Part shown: one piece after another, positions 7,253-14,700 of the stretch
How positions within the stretch are numbered: position 1 is the stretch's first letter
Layout of the letters: every line of letters begins with the position of its first letter
Virus record (IMG/VR): IMGVR_UViG_3300017785_002713
Location: 1 to 24,414 of that record
DNA from: a virus
Taxonomy: Duplodnaviria; Caudoviricetes
Direction: 5' to 3' (one strand)
Length of the DNA stretch: 24,414 nt
Notes under the pieces: model-generated
Seen by the model: the letters and a program-made list of their open reading frames with translations, nothing else
Database searches by the model: none
Told to the model about the DNA's origin: nothing
Translations under genes and position numbers: made by a program

Positions 7253-7668
7253 GTAGACCAACAAAATATACTCCCGAGTTAGCGAGTAAAATATGTAAGG
7301 AAATAGCTTTAGGTAAATCACTTAGAGCTGTTTGTCGTGCAGATGATATGCCAGATATATCAACTATTTATGATTGGTTTCCTTTATATGAAGACTTTAC
7401 CAAACAATACGAGAAAGCTTGTAAGGATAGAGCAGAAGCACAGTATGAAGATTTGAATGAAATCAATGAAGAAGCTATACAATATGCAAAAACATCTGAC
7501 TTTAATGTTCAGGCTGTCATGACTGCATACAAAATGAAATCTGATAATATGAAATGGTCTATGTCTAAAATGATACCAAAGAAATATGGAGATAAACTTG
7601 ATGTAGTATCAGACGGAGAAAAATTACAAAGCTCAACTCTATTAGTAAAATTTGATGAAAGAAAATAA
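7240..7668 (+). CDS. terS: Terminase small subunit (Sf6 gp1-like HTH)
   Basis: GRPTKYTPELASKICKEIALGKSLRAVC...MPDISTIYDW and PKKYGDK; immediately upstream of terL. Confidence 0.88.
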   Translation: MERIGRPTKYTPELASKICKEIALGKSLRAVCRADDMPDISTIYDWFPLYEDFTKQYEKACKDRAEAQYEDLNEINEEAIQYAKTSDFNVQAVMTAYKMKSDNMKWSMSKMIPKKYGDKLDVVSDGEKLQSSTLLVKFDERK

Positions 7669-8893
7669 CACTGTTGTTGTAAATATACCTATAGAATACA
7701 AACCATTGTTTGATGACAACTGGCGTGAGGCTGCGATATGGGGAGGTCGTTTCTCATTAAAATCTCATACAGTTGCACGTTATCTTTTAATACAAGCACG
7801 TATGGGGCAAAAACGTATTGGTTGTTTTCGTGAGTTTCAAAACTCTATATCAGAATCATCACACCAACTATTATCTGATTTGATAAATGAATATGGCTTG
7901 ACTGACTTTGAGGTTACTGACAAATCCATTGTAAACAAAATTACAGGTTCAGACTTTCTATTCAAAGGATTACATCACAATGAACAATCAATAAAATCTA
8001 TTGAGGGTATTGATATTGCATGGATTGAGGAGGCACAAACTATTTCAGAGAAGTCTATTGAAATTTTAACACCTACAGTTAGAAAGGAAGGGTCAAAACT
8101 TATTTACACATACAACAGATTGACTGAAACCGACCCAGTACACAGACGTTTAGTTATTGAAGGTAGACCTAATACATTGTTACTTAATTTGAACTATGAC
8201 ATTGCATTGAAATATGGTTACATGCCAGAGGTTATAAGACTTGAAATGGAAGATGATAGACAGAACAGACCATCACTGTATAAACATAAATGGTTAGGTG
8301 AACCACAATCACATGAGCTTAAAATATTTAAAGATTGGAATTTCATTGATGACTTACCACATGAAGCAAGACTTGAATGTTATGGACTAGACTTTGGATA
8401 TACTAATGACCCAACTGCTATTACAGCTATTTACAAATACAATGGGGGTTTTATACTTGATGAGATTACATATTCAAAAGGATTGACTAATGAACGTATT
8501 GCAAAGATATTATTAAACTTACCTCAAGCACTTGTTATGGCTGATAGTGCAGAGCCTAAGAGTATTGATGAGATACGTGTATATGGTGTAAACATATTAC
8601 CAACTGAAAAGGGTGCAGGTTCAGTCTTACAAGGTATACAGTATGTTCAAAATCAAAAGATATCAGTTACAAAGCGTTCACAGAACTTAACAATGGAATA
8701 TCATAACTACATTTGGAAAAGGGACAAGGAGAATAGGATTACAAATATACCAGAGCAAGGTTATGACCATTTGATTGATTCAATTAGGTACGGTTTCAAC
8801 GCAATCAAACCAAGAAGCGATATCACAGAATCAAGACTATCAGAACAATTTAATAAAAATACTCATAGACAAAACTTAAATTCGACAAAATAA
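7652..8893 (+). CDS. terL: Terminase large subunit, PBSX/SPP1-like family
   Basis: Walker A GGRFSLKSH, Walker B IAWIEEAQ, nuclease motifs YGLDFGYTNDPTA, ADSAEPKSI and DHLIDSIRY. Confidence 0.95.
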   Translation: MMKENNTVVVNIPIEYKPLFDDNWREAAIWGGRFSLKSHTVARYLLIQARMGQKRIGCFREFQNSISESSHQLLSDLINEYGLTDFEVTDKSIVNKITGSDFLFKGLHHNEQSIKSIEGIDIAWIEEAQTISEKSIEILTPTVRKEGSKLIYTYNRLTETDPVHRRLVIEGRPNTLLLNLNYDIALKYGYMPEVIRLEMEDDRQNRPSLYKHKWLGEPQSHELKIFKDWNFIDDLPHEARLECYGLDFGYTNDPTAITAIYKYNGGFILDEITYSKGLTNERIAKILLNLPQALVMADSAEPKSIDEIRVYGVNILPTEKGAGSVLQGIQYVQNQKISVTKRSQNLTMEYHNYIWKRDKENRITNIPEQGYDHLIDSIRYGFNAIKPRSDITESRLSEQFNKNTHRQNLNSTK

Positions 8894-8910
8894 AAGTAAT
8901 AAGATATAAT
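8882..8910 (+). promoter_or_regulatory. Sigma70-type promoter for head genes
   Basis: TCGACA-17 nt-TATAAT at the end of terL. Confidence 0.55.
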
Positions 8911-8941
8911 TAAGTTATAATAATTAATTTAAATAAATAAT

Positions 8942-9262
8942 ATGGCAAACATAGCAACAAATGTATTTCAACAGGATGAATCAGGTAACGTGCTTACATC
9001 AGCAGTTCGTTTCTTGAATACAACATCATCAGGGTTGGTAAAGACAGGAAGTGGGTCAGTAAGAGGTGTGATTGTAAACTCTCATACATCAGGAACAGTT
9101 AAGTTCTCAAATGGAACAACAGCTGTAAATGATATAATGGGTACTTTTACTTTCCCTGCAGCAGGTTCTCAAGTTATTAACTTTGGTTCAGGGGTTGTAT
9201 TTAGTACAGGACTATTTGTAACAGTAGGAGGTACTGCTAACATAACAGTTTTATATAATTAA
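8942..9262 (+). CDS. Small beta-rich probable virion protein
   Basis: 106 aa, G/T/S/V-rich alternating strands; located between terL and portal. Confidence 0.55.
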   Translation: MANIATNVFQQDESGNVLTSAVRFLNTTSSGLVKTGSGSVRGVIVNSHTSGTVKFSNGTTAVNDIMGTFTFPAAGSQVINFGSGVVFSTGLFVTVGGTANITVLYN

Positions 9263-9264
9263 TA

Positions 9265-9286
9265 AAAATTCGGTGGGACGAATTTT
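9265..9286 (+). promoter_or_regulatory. GGTGGG-motif hairpin abutting the portal start codon
   Basis: AAAATTCG-GTGGGA-CGAATTTT; ATG 2 nt downstream. Confidence 0.6.
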
Positions 9287-9288
9287 AA

Positions 9289-11067
9289 ATGCAATCAATA
9301 ACACAACTCGTTAAAGAAAGAGAAAACTCATATATCAATGGAGTAGCAAACATATCACAATATGTGGATTTTTCTCAATATGAAACTATTTCAACAATAG
9401 AAGCTTATTTAAACTCTAAACATATATCAGGTTCAACAGACGCTTTAGGTAGAGAGAAACCTTTTTTCAACATAGTAACTGCTGTATCAAATATTTGGAT
9501 GAGAGCAACAGATATTGATAGAAAGAACATAAGATTTCGAGCTACTAAACAAGCAGAGGTTGTACCAGCATTTCTAGCAAACTGCATATTACAAAACTGG
9601 ATGAAAGAAGTTAACTTTGGTTCATTCTTAAATGATTGGGGTAGAACACTTGCTCGTTATGGTAGTGCTGTAACAAAGTTTGTAGAGAAAGATGGAATGT
9701 TGAACATTAATGTTACACCTTGGAATAAGCTAATAACAGACCAGATAGATTTTGAAAACAATGTTAAGATATTTAAGTTCTTTTTAACACCAGCACAGCT
9801 TAGAACAAACCCTATATACAATCAAGAAGTTGTAAAAGGATTATTGGAATCAGTACAAACAAGACAAACAATAGGTAATCAAACTGTTGATACACTAGCA
9901 GACTATATAGAATTGTATGAGGTACAAGGTAATCTTCCTTTATCAATGCTTACAGAGAATGAAAAAGATGATGATACTTATGTAGACCAAATACATATCA
10001 TTTCATTTGTTGGTGACCAAGAGGACTTTACTTTATACAGTGGTAAGATAAAAAAACAACAATATCACAAAGCTGATTTAATAAAAGAAGATGGAAGAGC
10101 TTTGGGTATTGGAGCTGTTGAGCATTTATTTCAAGCACAATGGATGTCAAACCATTCAGTTAAACTTTATAAAGACCAAATGGAACTTATCTCAAAGGTA
10201 ATATTTCAAACTGCTGATAAGAATTATGCAGGGCGTAATGCTTTAACTGCTATTGAGAACGGAGATATCATGATTCATGATGGGAACTCACCTTTGACAC
10301 AAGTAAATAATCAAGGACATGACCTTACATCAATCACAAATTTCATGGTGCAATGGCAGACACAGGCTAAAGAGATAACATCAACTCCTGATGCTATATC
10401 AGGAGCTACAATGCCATCAGGAACTGCATATAGACAGGTTGCAATACTAAATCAAGAATCACATTCATTATTTGAATTGATGACAGAGAATAAAGGATTA
10501 GCACTTGAGGAAATGTTTAGAGAGTGGATTATACCTTACATAAGAAAACAATTAAATAATAAAGATGAAATAGTAGCCATGTTAGATGACGCTGGTATTA
10601 AACAACTTGATACATGGTATATAACAGGAACTGCTAACAAGAAAGTTAATCAGATGATTATTGATAGAGCTTTGGAAGGTGAAATAACAACTCGTGAACA
10701 ACAAGCAGAGATGACAACAGAAGAATCGGCTAATCTTCAAGGTGAACTATCAATGATGGGTAATCAACGCTTTATTAAACCAAGTGAACTAGACGACACA
10801 ACTTGGAAAGATATATTAGATATTAATTGGGACGCCATAGAAGTTGAAATAACTAATGAGCAATCAGACAAAGAAGCTGTGATGACTACATTGACTACTG
10901 TTATGCAAACAGTTGCAGGTAATCCAGCAATACTTCAAGACCCTAATATGAAAATGCTATTTAATAAGATATTAGAGATGACAGGACAAGTTTCAACTAT
11001 TGAGTTATCTACTCAACCTCAAGCTACACCTATGCAACCACAACAAGCACCCCAAGCTATGACATAG
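9289..11067 (+). CDS. Portal protein (podovirus/P22-like)
   Basis: 592 aa after terL; helical; PFFNIV, LARYGSAVTK and TAYRQVAILNQ segments; Q/P-rich C-terminus. Assigned on size, synteny and loose motifs. Confidence 0.8.
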   Translation: MQSITQLVKERENSYINGVANISQYVDFSQYETISTIEAYLNSKHISGSTDALGREKPFFNIVTAVSNIWMRATDIDRKNIRFRATKQAEVVPAFLANCILQNWMKEVNFGSFLNDWGRTLARYGSAVTKFVEKDGMLNINVTPWNKLITDQIDFENNVKIFKFFLTPAQLRTNPIYNQEVVKGLLESVQTRQTIGNQTVDTLADYIELYEVQGNLPLSMLTENEKDDDTYVDQIHIISFVGDQEDFTLYSGKIKKQQYHKADLIKEDGRALGIGAVEHLFQAQWMSNHSVKLYKDQMELISKVIFQTADKNYAGRNALTAIENGDIMIHDGNSPLTQVNNQGHDLTSITNFMVQWQTQAKEITSTPDAISGATMPSGTAYRQVAILNQESHSLFELMTENKGLALEEMFREWIIPYIRKQLNNKDEIVAMLDDAGIKQLDTWYITGTANKKVNQMIIDRALEGEITTREQQAEMTTEESANLQGELSMMGNQRFIKPSELDDTTWKDILDINWDAIEVEITNEQSDKEAVMTTLTTVMQTVAGNPAILQDPNMKMLFNKILEMTGQVSTIELSTQPQATPMQPQQAPQAMT

Positions 11068-11117
11068 CTTTAATATGGTGGGGTATTATTAATTAACGTC
11101 CGAAGTTTACTTTGGAC
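11054..11117 (+). promoter_or_regulatory. Cluster of three inverted repeats after the portal gene, including a GGTGGG-loop hairpin
   Basis: AAGCTATG-A-CATAGCTT (11054-11070), TAATA-TGGTGGGG-TATTA (11071-11088), GTCCGAAG-TTTA-CTTTGGAC (11098-11117). Confidence 0.55.
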
Positions 11118-11130
11118 ATAAAATCAAAAT

Positions 11131-11685
11131 ATGTTTCAAACAGAAAAAGAACAGGCAGAGTTTATGCAAGCAGAATATGATTTGTTTGCACCAACTTTCA
11201 AAGAAAACAAACCTATGCTTAAGGTATTGCGAAAAGTAATACTAGGTATAGACATAACACCAGCTGAAAAAGAATTATTTAAACTAATTCCAACTGCAAT
11301 AATAGATAAGATTGAAACTCTATTATTACCAAAAGTAACTGGTGATGAAGATTTGCATGGAGTAAACGACTTTTGGTTTCAGTTTAACTTAAAAGAAAGA
11401 ACAGAGTATCAAGTACAGAAAGATATAGAATATCTACCTCTTATACTTGATTTCTTTGGAAGTTCAGTATCAAGATTAAAAGGAGAAAAAACAAACCTTA
11501 CAATATCAGATGTTGAATATTCAAAAACTAAAAGTAAAGAGGAAAATATAACTAATGTTATTGCTAGAAATATAATACTAGCAACTACGGAGGGACTTAT
11601 CACTACAATTTATCAGAAAGCAAACAGTAAACCTTTAACAGAGGAAGATATAAAATTAAAAACAAAAGCAAATAGTTCAAAATAA
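11131..11685 (+). CDS. Hypothetical protein in the head module
   Basis: 184-aa ORF between portal and scaffold. Confidence 0.7.
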   Translation: MFQTEKEQAEFMQAEYDLFAPTFKENKPMLKVLRKVILGIDITPAEKELFKLIPTAIIDKIETLLLPKVTGDEDLHGVNDFWFQFNLKERTEYQVQKDIEYLPLILDFFGSSVSRLKGEKTNLTISDVEYSKTKSKEENITNVIARNIILATTEGLITTIYQKANSKPLTEEDIKLKTKANSSK

Positions 11686-11686
11686 T

Positions 11687-11715
11687 TTGACGTTATTTTC
11701 AACTAGGTGTATAAT
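11687..11715 (+). promoter_or_regulatory. Strong sigma70 promoter for the scaffold/capsid operon
   Basis: TTGACG-17 nt-TATAAT, near consensus. Confidence 0.8.
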
Positions 11716-11769
11716 TATAAGTAATGAAGAAGGTATCTAACCTGCTTAAAAAAAATAGATTAAAAAAAT

Positions 11770-12300
11770 ATGCAAGATGATAACAACAGTATTGAGGAAA
11801 CTTTAACTCAAGATACAGATACAGAACTCGAAATAGACTTAGATGACGAAATCGAGAACGACCAAGTCGATTGGAAAGCAGAAGCTGAAAAGAATAAAAA
11901 GGCTTATGAAGACCAAAAGAGAAGAGCAGAAATAGCTGAAAGTAAAAAGACAGTTAAATCTCCAACTCAAACAAGCACTAACACAACCTTAACAGTTAAA
12001 GACGGATTCGCACTTGCAAAAGCAAATGTTAATGATGAAGATATTGATGATGTGCTGGAATATGCCAACTTCAAGAAAATACCAGTAGCAGACGCTTTGA
12101 AAAGTTCAGTTGTTAAAAGTATGTTGGCAGAAAAAGAGGAGTTTAGAACTTCCCAATCTGTTTCAACAACTGCTAATGCTAGACGTGCTAGTCCAAAGAT
12201 AACTGATGATACAATCCTCGACAATGCCAGAAAAGGTAAACTTGATGACAGTGATGAAGGAATAGAAAGGTTGTTTAAGGCAAGAATGGGTCTTAAATAA
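11770..12300 (+). CDS. Capsid scaffolding protein (probable)
   Basis: Acidic N-terminus, coiled coil (DWKAEAEKNKKAYEDQKRRAEIAE), helical C-terminus; directly upstream of the capsid gene. Confidence 0.7.
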   Translation: MQDDNNSIEETLTQDTDTELEIDLDDEIENDQVDWKAEAEKNKKAYEDQKRRAEIAESKKTVKSPTQTSTNTTLTVKDGFALAKANVNDEDIDDVLEYANFKKIPVADALKSSVVKSMLAEKEEFRTSQSVSTTANARRASPKITDDTILDNARKGKLDDSDEGIERLFKARMGLK

Positions 12301-12316
12301 AAACTCGGTGGGGTTT
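12301..12316 (+). promoter_or_regulatory. GGTGGG-motif hairpin in the capsid gene leader
   Basis: AAAC-TCGGTGGG-GTTT; ACTCGGTGGGG (12303-12313) is the exact reverse complement of 13237-13247. Confidence 0.6.
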
Positions 12317-12343
12317 ATAAAATAATTAAAATTAAAAAAACCC

Positions 12344-13198
12344 ATGAACACAATATCGACCTTCACATACAGACAAAAGTATTTTAAAAATACTCTACAG
12401 CAATTACTAAGACGTGCCTTAATCGCAGAAGCAATCTGTGATGTAGACAACTCTGACGTAAAAAGAATTGAAAACCCATACGGTTCTCAACCGACAGCAG
12501 CAGTTACAGGAATTACTGGAACTTATGCAGTTTCAACTTACACAACAACTGACGATACACTGACAGTTGACCAAGAAGTTAAAATCGCAGAACATATCTT
12601 TGACTTTGAGAAAGTTCTTACTTCATTTGATATGTATGCAAACAGAATGAATGAAATGATGTACGCTGTTAAGGATAAAATTGACTACTTTGTAATCAAT
12701 AACCTTACAGAAGATGCAACAGGAGCTTATACAACAGCAGCAGGTGGATTTAACACAGTTGCGAACATTAACAAAATCATAGCAGATTTGAGTGCATTGG
12801 TATCAGGTTACTTCGATGTTTACAAAGGACTATTCCTTGTAATCGAAAACACAGAAGTATCAGGAATACAACAAGCTCAAATGACAAACGGTTTCAGTTT
12901 TGCTGATTCAGCATTGAATAACGGTTTCGGTACTAAATACGGTGGTGTAGATATTTACGTAACTAGAGCTGGAACTTTCGCTGATGCAACAATCGGAACA
13001 AAAACAGTTACAAACCTAGGACACAGAGTATTCGGTGTTAAAAAGTCTGCAACTTACGCATCTCCAAGAGATATAAGATATGAAGAGAAGCCAGTATCAG
13101 GTAAAACTGGTATGGAACTACTAGTATTTGGTTACATAGGATTTAAACTATGGTATTCAAAACTAGCACTAGTTGTTGATATTACTTTAACAGCATAA
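12344..13198 (+). CDS. Major capsid protein (HK97 fold, probable)
   Basis: 284 aa after the scaffold; DDTLTVDQ, GTKYGGVDIYVT and a C-terminal ELLVFGYIGFKLW...VVDITL pattern typical of coat proteins. Confidence 0.8.
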   Translation: MNTISTFTYRQKYFKNTLQQLLRRALIAEAICDVDNSDVKRIENPYGSQPTAAVTGITGTYAVSTYTTTDDTLTVDQEVKIAEHIFDFEKVLTSFDMYANRMNEMMYAVKDKIDYFVINNLTEDATGAYTTAAGGFNTVANINKIIADLSALVSGYFDVYKGLFLVIENTEVSGIQQAQMTNGFSFADSALNNGFGTKYGGVDIYVTRAGTFADATIGTKTVTNLGHRVFGVKKSATYASPRDIRYEEKPVSGKTGMELLVFGYIGFKLWYSKLALVVDITLTA

Positions 13199-13202
13199 AT
13201 AT

Positions 13203-13272
13203 AATCCCCTTGTGTGGGGATTTGGGTAATGTTTCTCCCCACCGAGTCCATTATCCAAACCCTCACATAAGG
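13203..13272 (+). ncRNA. Long hairpin presenting a CCCCACCGAG loop; candidate regulatory RNA element
   Basis: 13208-13231 pairs with 13249-13272 at 23 of 24 positions including three G-U pairs; 17-nt loop TTTCTCCCCACCGAGTC. Confidence 0.65.
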
Positions 13273-13283
13273 AAAACAATATT

Positions 13284-13436
13284 ATGGCAATAAAGAAAAC
13301 ATCAATCGAAGAGGAGGAAATTACACCAGTTGTAATCAACTCTGACTTTGCAAAATTATTAGAAATCTACAAGGTTCAAAATCCTGTTAAGTATGAACTT
13401 AAAAAGGAGGAACTTTTAAAAAAATTAAACAAATAA
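13284..13436 (+). CDS. 50-aa hypothetical protein
   Basis: Manual translation MAIKKTSIEEEEITPVVINSDFAKLLEIYKVQNPVKYELKKEELLKKLNK; 1-nt gap to the next ATG. Confidence 0.65.
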   Translation: MAIKKTSIEEEEITPVVINSDFAKLLEIYKVQNPVKYELKKEELLKKLNK

Positions 13437-13437
13437 T

Positions 13438-13650
13438 ATGGCAGTATCATCAGCATCAAACACAATTCTTGAATCAGGTGCAGTTATTGGTAGTATATCT
13501 ATCAATACAGGTACAGCAGCTCCAACATTAAGTGCAGCCAAAGGTTCATTATTTATAAGACTAGATACTGGAGCTTCAACTACAGCAACTAGACTATACG
13601 TAAACACTACAGGTTCAACTATTTGGTCTGCGATAACCACAGCTTCATAA
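13438..13650 (+). CDS. Small virion protein (decoration/head-fibre-like)
   Basis: GTAAPTLSAAKGSLFIRLDTG...RLYVNTTGSTIW resembles the P.....G.L......LY......W fibre module. Confidence 0.55.
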   Translation: MAVSSASNTILESGAVIGSISINTGTAAPTLSAAKGSLFIRLDTGASTTATRLYVNTTGSTIWSAITTAS

Positions 13651-13655
13651 AGAAT

Positions 13656-13709
13656 AACTAACCTTTATTGGTTGGTTTCAGGGCTATCCTTGAAATCAGT
13701 CCGTAATAA
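13656..13709 (+). promoter_or_regulatory. Intergenic stem-loop with an alternative overlapping hairpin
   Basis: 14-bp stem 13670-13683/13688-13701 with four G-U pairs and no U-tract; alternative AACTAACC/GGTTGGTT (13656-13663/13670-13677). Confidence 0.55.
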
Positions 13710-13723
13710 TATAAAAAAACATC

Positions 13724-14455
13724 ATGGCATTACCATTTAACGATACATCATCATCAAAATCAGGTATTCTTCAAGAATGCGAAATCACCTTATTCGGTGA
13801 TGAGGGTTATGGTTCTATAACTAGTGATACAAACAGACTTTCTCAATTTACCAATAGAGCAAACAGAGCATTGGATAGATTTGTATTCCTTGCAATGACA
13901 GCAGATGAGAAATGGCAATTTGATGATAACAACTACACAGACCTTGCTATTGCAGTTACAAACATAGTTACAACACAAAGAGATTATCAATTTGCACTAG
14001 ACCATTTAGAAATAGAGAGAGTATTGATATTAAGACCTGATAATACTTGGGTAGAAATAAAACCATTATCACAAACAGAAAATCAAAATACTTATTACGA
14101 GAATAATACTGGTAATGACGGAATACCAACAAGATATGAGAAAAGAGGTTCAACTATCTTTTTAGATGTTGTGCCTAATTATTCTGTAACAAATGGACTT
14201 AAAATATACTTCTCAAGAGGTGCTTCATACTTTGCTACAACTGATACAACTAAAGCACCAGGTTTTGCATCTAACTTTCATAAGTTTGTACCACTACACA
14301 TGAAAGCTAATTATGCTATAGACAGACAAATGCCTATAGCTAAAAACCTATTTGATTTACTTATGTCAGAAGAACAGTCTATCAGAGATTTCTATTCAAA
14401 TAGAGCAAAAGATGTTAGACCAAAATTATCCGTTTTAGCACAAAATAATAAATAA
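13724..14455 (+). CDS. Head-tail adaptor (tail tubular protein A-like), probable
   Basis: 243 aa; helical N-terminus, beta middle (GIPTRYEK...IFLDVVP...LKIYF), helical end; first tail-module position. Confidence 0.6.
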   Translation: MALPFNDTSSSKSGILQECEITLFGDEGYGSITSDTNRLSQFTNRANRALDRFVFLAMTADEKWQFDDNNYTDLAIAVTNIVTTQRDYQFALDHLEIERVLILRPDNTWVEIKPLSQTENQNTYYENNTGNDGIPTRYEKRGSTIFLDVVPNYSVTNGLKIYFSRGASYFATTDTTKAPGFASNFHKFVPLHMKANYAIDRQMPIAKNLFDLLMSEEQSIRDFYSNRAKDVRPKLSVLAQNNK

Positions 14456-14456
14456 T

Positions 14457-14696
14457 ATGACAACTTGGACTAATGAAAACAAAGAAACAACAACATGGAC
14501 TGGTGAAAATAAAACAGTCATGACTGATACATGGGAAAATTTAGAGAAGCCTGGAATAATAAATGATGGTGGTTGGGATTATGAAGAACAAGATTTAGAT
14601 TATGACCAGATATTAGATTTAGACACAGGTAACACAGTTTTTTATGAAGGATTAGGAGTATCAACAGATTGGACTAATTTAAATAAAACAGTATAA
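14457..14696 (+). CDS. Small acidic protein with W-x-N/G-x-N/E-K repeats
   Basis: WTNENK, WTGENK, WENLEK and WTNLNK in 79 aa. Confidence 0.65.
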   Translation: MTTWTNENKETTTWTGENKTVMTDTWENLEKPGIINDGGWDYEEQDLDYDQILDLDTGNTVFYEGLGVSTDWTNLNKTV

Positions 14697-14700
14697 ATAT

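Noticed and set aside
9272-12313. GGTGGG as a variant Shine-Dalgarno
   Set aside because: Spacing to ATG is about 11, 47 and 30 nt at the three sites, and most other genes lack it.
13414-13424. Slippery T-TTA-AAA at the end of the 50-aa ORF as a programmed -1 frameshift
   Set aside because: The downstream 13438 gene is in the +1 frame, so a -1 shift would not fuse them; such runs are common in AT-rich DNA.
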